Source of the DNA: a virus
Lineage: Duplodnaviria; Caudoviricetes
Direction: 5' to 3' (one strand)
Virus record (IMG/VR): IMGVR_UViG_3300044723_007907
Span: 1 to 64,000 of that record
Length of the DNA: 64,000 nt
Part shown: piece after piece, positions 39,785-48,707 of the stretch
Position numbering within the stretch: position 1 is the stretch's first letter
How the letters are laid out: each line of letters begins with the position of its first letter
Position numbers and translations under genes: made by a program
Notes under the pieces: model-generated
Databases searched by the model: none
What the model saw: only the letters and a program-made list of their open reading frames with translations
What the model was told of the DNA's origin: nothing

Positions 39785-42258
39785 AAACATATCCAGGAAT
39801 GTATTTAGGTATAGTGATACAGAACAATGATCCAGAGTATCGAGGTCGTGTCAAAGTGTATGTACCGCACATACAAGCAAATGTATATAACAATTGGTTC
39901 AAAGAAATATCCGACAAGAGTTTTAAATTTTTAGGTAACAATATCAAAAGTGATCTAAACAAAATATTACCAGAACTCAAAACTATACTACCATGGGCAG
40001 AAAACGCCATGCCATCTGTTGGAGCTACTGGTAGCGGGCGTTACAATGCACATGATGAGTTAGGCACAATATCAGACAGCAATCGCAGTGAAACATTAGA
40101 ACCTAATAAGCATCGAACAGACGTGGAGAAAAAGTACAATTTGAACACAGAGCATATAGGAGAAAAGCCTGGTAAAGTGTATGAAAATCACTCGACATGG
40201 ACTCATGATGCATTTACTAACATTGATGACCCAGACAACATGACCGAGGACAAATCAAAACCATTTGAATCATTACCTGTAGGTGATCGTTTGAATGGAG
40301 TGAACAGACCAAACAAGTATGCATGGAGTTATCAGCCTAACACATATAGCAATTGTGCCAAGGGAAGCTTCAGTATACCGAATGTGGGAAGTCATGTGTG
40401 GGTGTTTTTTCAAGACGGTGACCCACTACAACCTGTGATGTTCGCCGCGATGCATGGGCGTGAGGATTGGAAGGGTATATATGATAGTCACGACTCACAT
40501 GGTATAGATTATCCTGGTACATACGAAAACATAAGCAAGGATGAAGAGCGTGTGTTCAACAACAACACAGAGACATATCGTAACAAATACGTGATAAACC
40601 AAAAAGGTGGTACATTAGAATTCATCAACACAGACAACAGAGAGATATTGAAAATGACACACTACAGTGGATCGTTTATAGAGATGAACAACAACACCAA
40701 CATACAATTTGCATCTCATGGCAATCAAAGGCTAGTACAAGAGGATGATTACGACACTGTACGTGGCTATAGAAATATATACACCGAGCGAGATCTAGAT
40801 TATATTGTGAGAGGAGATTATTATCATAAGGTTGGTTATCAGAATTTTAATCACATGCTGGAATGGAGAGAAGTGATGCAACCACTAGCTCATACTAAAG
40901 CGTTGTTCGAGATTCAACGTGTTGATGGTACACCTGGTCAGAACGGATTGATCGATCAAAAGCGAGCCGGCAAGCCAGTGGCGTGTCCGGTTTGTAATGA
41001 CAAGGATAGAATCAGTTATTGGCGACAACACAATACATTTGTCAAAACGAACATGACAGACACATACTCACAATATGACGGAGCTTTTCAAGCAACGTTA
41101 AGAAATGGAGCTCAAGGTTATTTTGATCCACGTGGCAGATTTTCATCAGACGCAACAACAGTACTGTTCACATTGAACCTAAATGTGTATCAAAGTGCAA
41201 ACGATCATCTAGGCACCAACGGAATGGTGTTCGGTGAGACATGTCCAGCATGTGGTGGATCTGGTATCAGTCCAAGCAGCATGGAAGGTGAGTGGCTTGC
41301 AGAGGAACAAAAGAATGATACCAATTTTAAACAGTTGCTCGAGAGTGTGACGAAAGAACTTGCACCAATAGAAAGCAAGTTAGGGCTAGGTGGTAGTGAG
41401 GTTATAAACATCGCTAAACACAAGGTTGAAAACGTAGGTTTAGTGATGAACAATTTTCCTAGTATCCGTACTGATCCAATTGGTAAAATGTTCCGCGACA
41501 GAGTGATTGTACACAAGCAAGGAGTTTTTGTGAATCAGGGCCCAAGTCCATTAATTGAAACAGTACACGTTGACGACCTGCCAGGAGGAACAAGCACATT
41601 GAACGTAGCTAACCGGTGGAATGTTCAAGTAGGAGCTGGCGGCATCAGCATCAAAAGCTATGGTCGTGTCGAGATTAGTGGTAGCCAGATCAACATGGGT
41701 GGTGATCAAATCAATATTGGCAGTCAGAACGAAGTTAATATTGATGGTGGCAAGAGATTGAGTATTGTGTCAGATATTATCAGCATACGCCAGCGTGACA
41801 GAGGTCAAGTTTTGGTGGATAGTAATTTAGGAGTAAGTCAAAATGTAGTTATTGGTGGTGGTTTACATGTCGAGGGTGAGTTAAGCTGTCATCACATAAC
41901 CGCACCAGTAGAGATGCATGAAACTGAAAAGGCTAGAATATACAGCAAACTATTAGAAGGATTGACATTCAAATGTAATCTAAAAGGAGGTGGTCATTCG
42001 GTCAGTCCACATGGCACGGCACATCCAAGCTGGACTGGAGCAACACTGACGCTCATATCTGATAGTAATGATGACCATGTTGTTGATTACGGTCATAGTC
42101 ACCTATTTAAGAATGCTGCGATGCATTTGATGGAGTCTAATGACCTAGTCAGAGAAACCGGCAAGGACTGTAACCAGACAAACTATCGCGCAGACGCCAA
42201 CAAGGTAGAAGTAGTAACAAGCGCTGACAAGGTCAAGAAAAACAAGTTTACTGCTTGA
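39781..42258 (+). CDS. gp5: Baseplate central spike (gp5/VgrG-like, OB-fold plus beta-helix), no lysozyme domain seen
   Basis: YLGIVIQNNDPEYRGRVKVYVP, LPWA, IPNVGSHVWVFFQDGDPLQPV, LKMTHYSGSFIEM, and beta-helix repeats. Confidence 0.85.
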   Translation: MKTYPGMYLGIVIQNNDPEYRGRVKVYVPHIQANVYNNWFKEISDKSFKFLGNNIKSDLNKILPELKTILPWAENAMPSVGATGSGRYNAHDELGTISDSNRSETLEPNKHRTDVEKKYNLNTEHIGEKPGKVYENHSTWTHDAFTNIDDPDNMTEDKSKPFESLPVGDRLNGVNRPNKYAWSYQPNTYSNCAKGSFSIPNVGSHVWVFFQDGDPLQPVMFAAMHGREDWKGIYDSHDSHGIDYPGTYENISKDEERVFNNNTETYRNKYVINQKGGTLEFINTDNREILKMTHYSGSFIEMNNNTNIQFASHGNQRLVQEDDYDTVRGYRNIYTERDLDYIVRGDYYHKVGYQNFNHMLEWREVMQPLAHTKALFEIQRVDGTPGQNGLIDQKRAGKPVACPVCNDKDRISYWRQHNTFVKTNMTDTYSQYDGAFQATLRNGAQGYFDPRGRFSSDATTVLFTLNLNVYQSANDHLGTNGMVFGETCPACGGSGISPSSMEGEWLAEEQKNDTNFKQLLESVTKELAPIESKLGLGGSEVINIAKHKVENVGLVMNNFPSIRTDPIGKMFRDRVIVHKQGVFVNQGPSPLIETVHVDDLPGGTSTLNVANRWNVQVGAGGISIKSYGRVEISGSQINMGGDQINIGSQNEVNIDGGKRLSIVSDIISIRQRDRGQVLVDSNLGVSQNVVIGGGLHVEGELSCHHITAPVEMHETEKARIYSKLLEGLTFKCNLKGGGHSVSPHGTAHPSWTGATLTLISDSNDDHVVDYGHSHLFKNAAMHLMESNDLVRETGKDCNQTNYRADANKVEVVTSADKVKKNKFTA

Positions 42259-42535
42259 TCAGTTTAATCTTCCGTCCTTGTTTCTTACAATAATCAGGTA
42301 GATGTTGTATAGTATCAGTCTCACGATACCACTTGTCAGCGTATCTGTCATATTTAAACACATCAAATAGAGTAACACTGTTACTATTTACGAGACCGTT
42401 TACAAATGCATAACAAAAATCATCAAACGCGCCTTGGGCGGAGAACTCAGTAAAATACCGCTCACCTTTTGTTTTCCATTTAGTGAGCTTGTATATTACT
42501 TTATATATTTCCGGGGTCGGTTCTTTATATTTCAA
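42248..42535 (-). CDS. Hypothetical protein
   Basis: 95-aa ORF in a coupled minus-strand run. Confidence 0.55.
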   Translation of the reverse strand: MKYKEPTPEIYKVIYKLTKWKTKGERYFTEFSAQGAFDDFCYAFVNGLVNSNSVTLFDVFKYDRYADKWYRETDTIQHLPDYCKKQGRKIKLIKQ

Positions 42536-42732
42536 TTGCGAGGTCCTAGCATGTTACGTAACATTTGATTCTCAAAATTCCGTAAATTGATCGCTTTGGT
42601 TTGCATGTCAATTGTTTCTTGTTGTTTTCTTACTAAATCTTCTAGCTTCTCAATTCTATTGTATGCAAGCATTGTAGCTGTTATTATCAAACAACCTAAA
42701 AGAAAACCACCTATTGTTAGTTTTTGGTCCAC
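42532..42732 (-). CDS. Small membrane-anchored protein with coiled coil
   Basis: N-terminal hydrophobic segment LTIGGFLLGCLIITATMLAY. Confidence 0.55.
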   Translation of the reverse strand: MDQKLTIGGFLLGCLIITATMLAYNRIEKLEDLVRKQQETIDMQTKAINLRNFENQMLRNMLGPRN

Positions 42733-42793
42733 AAAAGTACTTAGTCATTTCACTATATAATATAGTAAACAACTGCAATTTGCAACTAGATAG

Positions 42794-43303
42794 TTATTTA
42801 AGAGTATCGACCTCTGCTAGAAATTCCTCCATGGTAACTTCTATAAGATTGTCTTTATCTCTGGCAATTTTTTCCAATTGTCTAGATTCGTTAATCACAG
42901 CCGCTCTCGTGGTTCCCCAAAAGGTGATTTCATACAATATACACGCTAGACGTTGTGTTAGCGTCTCACATACATTGTCTTTGATTTCTAAATCCACAAG
43001 ACCATTCCAGTCTGTCATGTCAATAGCCCACTTATCACCTTCTGGATCCAGTAAATGTACATCAGTCCAATTCTCAGTTTTACCGAATAATTGGTTATCG
43101 ATATTATCAATGCCTATCACGTGTCCCTTGAGCTCATCATCACCAGGTAGATCTTCTATTTCTTGTGCTACACGTCTGTATGTCTTGAGCACTTCAACTT
43201 TACTCTTGTCATTCCACTCAGGATGTAACTCGACAATCTTCTCTGATAATTCTTTGAACTTGTCTAGTTCAATGATCTGTTGTATGAGTTGTCTTAGCGT
43301 CAT
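42794..43303 (-). CDS. Hypothetical protein
   Basis: 169-aa ORF overlapping the stop of the upstream gene. Confidence 0.6.
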   Translation of the reverse strand: MTLRQLIQQIIELDKFKELSEKIVELHPEWNDKSKVEVLKTYRRVAQEIEDLPGDDELKGHVIGIDNIDNQLFGKTENWTDVHLLDPEGDKWAIDMTDWNGLVDLEIKDNVCETLTQRLACILYEITFWGTTRAAVINESRQLEKIARDKDNLIEVTMEEFLAEVDTLK

Positions 43304-43830
43304 ACACCAGGTTCACGTGGTGGTGCATCCTGCAACCGGCTATCATCACGTCTGATATCATCATCAACGGACTGTTGAAAAGCGGCCCCTTCCGGATCTC
43401 CTAGATTCACTGTGTCATTCAAGTGTGCTCTAATCTCTGAAAATGAAATATCTTGTAGTGAGTCACGGATAAATTCTTTTGCATCATCAAATGCATCACT
43501 CATGCTGTAACTTTCATAGTCTTCTGGAGTGACTAAACCTTCTGTATCTGCACGCATCCAGCTCAACACAGCATTGAACACCATCTGTTCTGGATTCTCG
43601 CGGCCCATTGCAGAGAACTGCATGTTGTCCATCTCTTCCTGCACCTCCTCGTCTTCATCATGTTCAGGGTCATGTGCTTCTTTGTTCATCGCTTTTTTGA
43701 TTGCTTTGTCCTTGCTGCCTTGATACTCATCTTCAGAGGATTCTATCTCCCCATCACCGTCATGATCTTTGTCAGCTTTTTTTTCTGCCATGTATGCTTC
43801 CCACAAGAGATGTTGATCTTTGTCTATCAT
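43300..43830 (-). CDS. Acidic late protein, putative internal head protein
   Basis: MIDKDQHLLWEAY N-terminal motif, DHDGDGEIESSEDEY motif, late promoter cATAAATA. Confidence 0.65.
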   Translation of the reverse strand: MIDKDQHLLWEAYMAEKKADKDHDGDGEIESSEDEYQGSKDKAIKKAMNKEAHDPEHDEDEEVQEEMDNMQFSAMGRENPEQMVFNAVLSWMRADTEGLVTPEDYESYSMSDAFDDAKEFIRDSLQDISFSEIRAHLNDTVNLGDPEGAAFQQSVDDDIRRDDSRLQDAPPREPGV

Positions 43831-43846
43831 ATTATTATTTATGCTC

Positions 43847-44014
43847 CTATATGAACTTATACAAGATCTCTAACTGTTTTGTTCCTAAATATTTGCAGAA
43901 ATATGCACAAAATTCAGCCACTTCTCGTGGGGTCCACCCGGCATGCTTGATGTATTGACCCACCTCAAAGTACATGTGGTCCTGCCACATCTCAGTTAAA
44001 TCTATATATTTCAC
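43847..44014 (-). CDS. Small hypothetical protein (55 aa, not in ORF track)
   Basis: GTG start overlapping the DUF1501 stop (GTGA). MKYIDLTEMWQDHMYFEVGQYIKHAGWTPREVAEFCAYFCKYLGTKQLEILYKFI fills the gap exactly. Confidence 0.6.
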   Translation of the reverse strand: MKYIDLTEMWQDHMYFEVGQYIKHAGWTPREVAEFCAYFCKYLGTKQLEILYKFI

Positions 44015-45276
44015 AAGATTATGTCCATGATTGGTTCACCTTCATTAGCAACTTTGAACGGTCGACCACTTGGAGAGTAATGTATATCGAGTGTTGATAT
44101 ACCTAATAACCTAGCGATAGTGGCGTTCAAATCTTCTGGTTTTTGTGGATTTTCTGCAACACGCTTTCCGTGTTCATCACTGGAACCGTAAACTGTACCA
44201 CCTTTGATACCCGCTCCGGCGAACATGGCACTGAATGCATTGGGCCAGTGATCTCTACCATCACGTGGATTTATATCTGGTGTTCTGCCAAATTCAGATG
44301 TCAACACAACAAGTGTCTCTGACAACAACCCTCTTCTCTCCAGATCCAACAACAACGCACCGATGGCCTTGTCTATATCAGCGCAATTGGCTTCAACTCG
44401 CGTGAAGTTGTCATCATGTGTGTCCCAGCCTCCGCGTGTCACTTCAACATATCGAACCCGATTCTCAATCAATCTCCTAGCCAACAAACAGCCTTGACCG
44501 AAATTAGATGTTCCGTATAGTTCATGTATATATTCAGGCTCTTGTGTTATGTCGAATGCATTGATGTCGTTACTGTTCATCAATCGAACTGCGTCTTTGT
44601 AAAGATCCGAATAAGCACGTACCTTTTTGATTGGAAATTTCTCTCGGAACTCACTATTCAAAATGCTCGCCATGTTCAATCTCGCATCAAAATTATCATC
44701 AGTCAGGTAATCAGCCTTTTTACTATTTGCCAACCCAGCGCGTGGATTCATGATGGGCACCGGGCCGTACTGACTCTCCAGATAACCAGGGCTACCATAA
44801 CCACCACCCACCTTGACAAAACCCGGTATGGTCGAGTTGAGTTTGCCTTTGAGTTTCGCAACCCAGCTACCAAATGTGGGGTGTGATATAGTTCCACGTT
44901 TCTGATAGCTTGTGTGCATCAGATAACCAGCCTGCATGTGTGCGCCTTGGTTGCTTGTAACTGATCGTACCAACGCTGCATTGTGCATGTGTTGTGCGAT
45001 AGTAGGGAGATATTGTGACAATATGATATCATCAGCTGATGTGTGTATAGCTTCAACTGGTCCGGCTTGATCAGTCCCGGGTTTGGGATCAAATGTATCA
45101 ACATGGCTCATGGCCCCGCTCATGTTCAAATATATAACTGATCTGGCACGTGCCATTAGTTTTGATGGACCTAGGTCATCAGCGTGTATATAATTACCAG
45201 TCAGCGGCAACAATCCTACACCCAAACATGTCTTAGCTAACTCGCTTATAAATTGTCTTCTTGGTAACTCGTTCAT
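44011..45276 (-). CDS. DUF1501-family protein with twin-arginine (Tat) signal
   Basis: PRRQFISEL Tat motif. VIYLNMSGAMSHVDTFDPKP, YGTSNFGQGCLLARRLIENRVRYVEV, GGWDTH, TLVVLTSEFGRTP, GRDHWP, GIKGG.VYGSSD. Confidence 0.9.
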   Translation of the reverse strand: MNELPRRQFISELAKTCLGVGLLPLTGNYIHADDLGPSKLMARARSVIYLNMSGAMSHVDTFDPKPGTDQAGPVEAIHTSADDIILSQYLPTIAQHMHNAALVRSVTSNQGAHMQAGYLMHTSYQKRGTISHPTFGSWVAKLKGKLNSTIPGFVKVGGGYGSPGYLESQYGPVPIMNPRAGLANSKKADYLTDDNFDARLNMASILNSEFREKFPIKKVRAYSDLYKDAVRLMNSNDINAFDITQEPEYIHELYGTSNFGQGCLLARRLIENRVRYVEVTRGGWDTHDDNFTRVEANCADIDKAIGALLLDLERRGLLSETLVVLTSEFGRTPDINPRDGRDHWPNAFSAMFAGAGIKGGTVYGSSDEHGKRVAENPQKPEDLNATIARLLGISTLDIHYSPSGRPFKVANEGEPIMDIIL

Positions 45277-45328
45277 TATATAATTATATATTAATTTTTA
45301 CGTGTTTTCTACGTTTTATTATTGAAAG

Positions 45329-45731
45329 TGGTGGAACTGGCGGGAGTCGAACCCGCGTCCGTTAACACATCCGGTCAACGCGTCATTCACAAGTTTAGTT
45401 GATTTGATTCAGCAATCAACAGCTTATCGGAGTTGTATTTTATACAGCGTCACATCCGCCAATCGCTGTGGTTGCTTGATGGTGACGAGTGTTCAATCTA
45501 TCAAGCTTCAATTGACACTCGAGACAGCAAACTATGCTGCCATTGCGAGCTCTTGCGAAGCGCTCTCAAAGTCGACCATGTTGTCGTACTCTTCACGAGC
45601 TGCTTCAAGCAAGTCCTCAACGGTGTAATAACCTTCGCCATTTAATGACTTGTGTGCCTTTTTAAAGAGCCGGGCACCTCTCTTACTTGCCGCAATTAAC
45701 TTTCAATGAACGTCGAATCCAGTACAGTCCC
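45329..45731 (-). ncRNA. ssrA: tmRNA (SsrA), 403 nt
   Basis: 5' GGGACTGTACTGGATTCGAC and 3' GGACGCGGGTTCGACTCCCGCCAGTTCCACCA. Acceptor stem GGGACUG/CAGUUCC has the G3:U alanine determinant and encoded CCA. Internal tag frame ends LAMAA-stop. Confidence 0.95.
45532..45639 (-). other. tmRNA tag reading frame: (A)GEGYYTVEDLLEAAREEYDNMVDFESASQELAMAA*
   Basis: Resume codon GGC inferred from the AUUAAAU-GGC context. 35 sense codons to TAG at 45532-45534. Confidence 0.75.
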
Positions 45732-45735
45732 GAAT

Positions 45736-45743
45736 TATTTATA
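45736..45743 (-). promoter_or_regulatory. Late promoter TATAAATA 4 nt before the tmRNA 5' end
   Basis: Minus strand tataata-TATAAATA-attc-GGGACTG. Confidence 0.7.
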
Positions 45744-45774
45744 TATTATAAATTCAGATCAGTCAAATGGCCAC

Positions 45775-45798
45775 AAAAAACCCCTCCGAAGAGGGGTT
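45775..45798 (-). terminator. Rho-independent terminator with C(UUCG)G loop
   Basis: Minus strand AACCCCTC-TTCG-GAGGGGTT-TTTT, upstream of the tmRNA promoter. Confidence 0.9.
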
Positions 45799-45823
45799 GA
45801 CAGAGTGGCCTGTCCGGGTCCAG

Positions 45824-46102
45824 TTATTTCTTACTGGAAATGTTGGTTTGAAGCAACCATACCACCAGTAGTAGTGTGATGATGCCGGTGAGGCTTGCGC
45901 CTGCTCCAACAAAACCATTTACAACCGACTGTAGATTGCCGATGACGTTAAGACTAGCTGCAGGGCCGAAAACGACCTGTCCAACTACCAGAAGGCCCAA
46001 CACGGAGAGGAGCAACACTGTCACACCACCTACCAGACCTCTAATATTATCTAGTGTATCTTTCATAGCCTTTATTATAACGTCTATGAAGTCAGTAGTC
46101 AA
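45824..46102 (-). CDS. Small integral membrane protein (2 TM)
   Basis: Two Gly/Val/Leu-rich hydrophobic segments. Confidence 0.7.
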   Translation of the reverse strand: MTTDFIDVIIKAMKDTLDNIRGLVGGVTVLLLSVLGLLVVGQVVFGPAASLNVIGNLQSVVNGFVGAGASLTGIITLLLVVWLLQTNISSKK

Positions 46103-46114
46103 CTATTTTTATCG

Positions 46115-46747
46115 TCAATAATCAGAATACCGTGAACCCTCTTCTTCTTTCATCTCTTCATATTTTCTCACGGTGATGTTTCGAGGATTCAATGTCTTCA
46201 TGGCTGGTTGCTGTGATGTGCCATAATTCCAGGTGATATCTGAATTGAATAGTCGGTCGGTTTGTCGATCTTCTAATTGCTTATGAGTTTTAGAATTAAC
46301 ATAAAAACCAGTCATGAAATCATTAGCATATATGATCACAACACCTTCGTTCTCATCATCAGTAAATTCGTATTTGACACTCGCAGTGAACACTGCTGGT
46401 TGTTCAGGAATCAGATCACCTTCTTCTTTATCATACTCAGCTTCATTCATCAATTCTTTGCTTGTTGCATGATATGTTTCAGCAAAATGTGGCAGCTCGG
46501 TCAAGTGATCTTCCTCGAAATGTTCTCCAGGCATCACGTCAGGATACATCAAATGTTCTGTGGTGATTTCCGCAGGATTCAATTGTTTCAACTGCCCGTC
46601 ATTTTCTTCTTTCTTGACTTTGATCTGCACCGGTTTGGGTGTCTCCTTATCCATACCCATCAAGCGATCACGCTCTTTGCTCGTGAATTTTGGCTTGGAA
46701 ACAGCTGTGTATGATTCCCAAATTAATTTTTGATCCTTGTCCTGCAT
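46115..46747 (-). CDS. Late protein, putative internal head protein
   Basis: Start reassigned to MQDKDQKLIWESY (46747) behind cATAAATAattac. Confidence 0.65.
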   Translation of the reverse strand: MQDKDQKLIWESYTAVSKPKFTSKERDRLMGMDKETPKPVQIKVKKEENDGQLKQLNPAEITTEHLMYPDVMPGEHFEEDHLTELPHFAETYHATSKELMNEAEYDKEEGDLIPEQPAVFTASVKYEFTDDENEGVVIIYANDFMTGFYVNSKTHKQLEDRQTDRLFNSDITWNYGTSQQPAMKTLNPRNITVRKYEEMKEEEGSRYSDY

Positions 46748-46755
46748 GTAATTAT

Positions 46756-47718
46756 TTATGCGGCAATCAATTGTTTTTGTTCCATTTCTTGTAGGTGATT
46801 GATAGCATAATCTTTTTGTTTCAACTCCACATCCCAATCGATCGATTGATTTTTAGTCACTGTGGTGTCAAATTGGTCACGAAATGCTTGTGGTGTGCTC
46901 GTGGCAAAATCCACATGTGCTCGCGGATTGTCGTTGGCACCACCTTCACTGAAATGAAACAACGGACAACATCCATGAGCATGCCAGGTCTCGTAACATC
47001 TCTCGAACGCTTCCTCAACACTCCATTCACCAGGATTACATCGATGATGTAAATTGTCATATGTGATTGGAATGCCAATCTCTTTGTGTATCAAATTGTA
47101 CAACCGATCCGGACTCCATAGGCCTTTGTCTTCGTTTTCTAACACCAATCGAGATTTCACACTATCATCAAGTCGATCGAAATTCTTGATGAATTTCTTG
47201 GCGATATCTTGTGGATCACCTGCGCTGCGACTCATGTGTATGTTCAACGGGTACCAGTAACTGCGACTGTGTTCCACCATCTGATCCATCAACCAGCCGT
47301 GATGTGCCAGTTCACCTATTGTACGATCAACAACACCATCATTGGCGCTGCACAACACATTGAAATGATCTGGATGGAAGCTGAGCCGGAATTGTGACGG
47401 AGCAAATTGCTTGGTGAATGCTCGTATCTCAGCAAATTTGTCTTGTATCATGGTGGCGTTTGGTAAGTCATCCAGACCCACATTGGCCTTTTCTAGATTG
47501 AACAACGGAAACAACGTGCTACTGATGCGATAACCCCAGCCGTTGCTTCTGGCAAGTTTCATGGTCTCCAGAGTGGTTTGTAGATTTTCTAATGCACGTT
47601 CACCTAGTGTTTGTAATGCATCTGTTCGATCGTGTTTCTCGAACTGCGTGTATCTCATGGCTCGGTGATTGTGTCCTTGTTTTTTCAGCGCTAAGCTGAT
47701 GCAGCATAAATTATACAT
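46756..47718 (-). CDS. uvsE: UV-damage endonuclease (UvsE/UvdE)
   Basis: LCCISLAL, YRISSTLFP, RLSFHPDHFNVL, LENEDK, PITYDNLHH, FHFSEG, RAHVD, VELKQKD. Confidence 0.92.
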   Translation of the reverse strand: MYNLCCISLALKKQGHNHRAMRYTQFEKHDRTDALQTLGERALENLQTTLETMKLARSNGWGYRISSTLFPLFNLEKANVGLDDLPNATMIQDKFAEIRAFTKQFAPSQFRLSFHPDHFNVLCSANDGVVDRTIGELAHHGWLMDQMVEHSRSYWYPLNIHMSRSAGDPQDIAKKFIKNFDRLDDSVKSRLVLENEDKGLWSPDRLYNLIHKEIGIPITYDNLHHRCNPGEWSVEEAFERCYETWHAHGCCPLFHFSEGGANDNPRAHVDFATSTPQAFRDQFDTTVTKNQSIDWDVELKQKDYAINHLQEMEQKQLIAA

Positions 47719-48670
47719 AATGTTTGATTGTTTGTTCTAATAATAGATCAAAATTATCAGAAGGGCACCAATTTAATTCAGTTTTTATCTTGGTTGCATC
47801 TACAGCATATCTGAAATCATGACCCTTACGATCTTCAACAAACAAAATCTGATTTTCATATGGTGCGTCAGCAGGCTTGAGCCTATTCAGAACACCACAT
47901 ATTTTCTTGACTAGATCGATGTTGCTCACCTCGTTGTCGCCTCCAATGTTGTATGTTTCACCAGCGTTGCCGTATCTGAACACCAAATCGATCGCCCGGC
48001 AGTGATCATCCACATGCAACCAGTCACGAACGTTTTTACCGTTACCGTAAACAGGAATGGGATCTCCATTGAGTGCGGTTGTGATAACAGTTGGTATCAA
48101 TTTCTCTCGATGCTGATGTCGTCCGTAATTGTTACTACAACTGGTGGTAACCACATTCAGTTTAAATGTTTTGTGATAGCTTCTGACCATCAATCCTGCA
48201 GCTGCCTTGCTAGCGCTGTACGGACTGTTCGGTGCCAGTGGAGAAGTTTCTGTGAACACTCCAGTTGGTCCTAACGCGCCATAAATTTCATCTGTGGATA
48301 CATACAGAAACCGCCCGGTACAATATTTACGGAACGCTTCTAGCAGCACCATGGTGCCGTTGATGTTTGTACTCACGAATTCTGATGGATTGTTGATCGA
48401 GTTATCAACATGACTCTCAGCAGCAAGATGTATGATCGAGTCTATTTCATATTTTTTAATCACCCGTTCAACTTGTTTTTCGTCCCGAATATCCTCCATC
48501 ACTAGCACGTAATTATCATCAGTATATACACTCTCCAAATAACCAGGATTTGCTGCGTATGTCAAGCAGTCCAAATTGACGATGTTCATGTCCCTGTGAT
48601 TTTTCAGTAAATGTATGATTAAATTACTACCGATAAAACCGCATCCTCCCGTGATAAGCACATTGTTCAT
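47711..48670 (-). CDS. rfbB: dTDP-glucose 4,6-dehydratase
   Basis: LITGGCGFIGSN, HLAAESHVDNSI, VSTDEIYG, PNSPYSASKAA, YGNGKNVRDWLHV, DRKGHDFRYA. Start MNNVLITGG at 48670. Confidence 0.95.
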   Translation of the reverse strand: MNNVLITGGCGFIGSNLIIHLLKNHRDMNIVNLDCLTYAANPGYLESVYTDDNYVLVMEDIRDEKQVERVIKKYEIDSIIHLAAESHVDNSINNPSEFVSTNINGTMVLLEAFRKYCTGRFLYVSTDEIYGALGPTGVFTETSPLAPNSPYSASKAAAGLMVRSYHKTFKLNVVTTSCSNNYGRHQHREKLIPTVITTALNGDPIPVYGNGKNVRDWLHVDDHCRAIDLVFRYGNAGETYNIGGDNEVSNIDLVKKICGVLNRLKPADAPYENQILFVEDRKGHDFRYAVDATKIKTELNWCPSDNFDLLLEQTIKHYV

Positions 48671-48678
48671 AATAAATA

Positions 48679-48707
48679 AGTATATGAGCAAAGACAAAGA
48701 AAGTCAA
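48679..48707 (-). promoter_or_regulatory. Sigma70-type promoter for rfbB embedded in the divergent gene's 5' coding region
   Basis: Minus strand TTGACT (48707-48702)-17 nt-TATACT (48684-48679), 8 nt before the rfbB ATG. Confidence 0.6.

Noticed and set aside
42714-43355. 213-aa plus-strand ORF
   Set aside because: Antisense to a coherent minus-strand operon.
45503-45641. Alternative ATG ORF MAKVITPLRTC... inside the tmRNA
   Set aside because: Out of frame with the LAMAA tag and explained by tmRNA sequence constraints.
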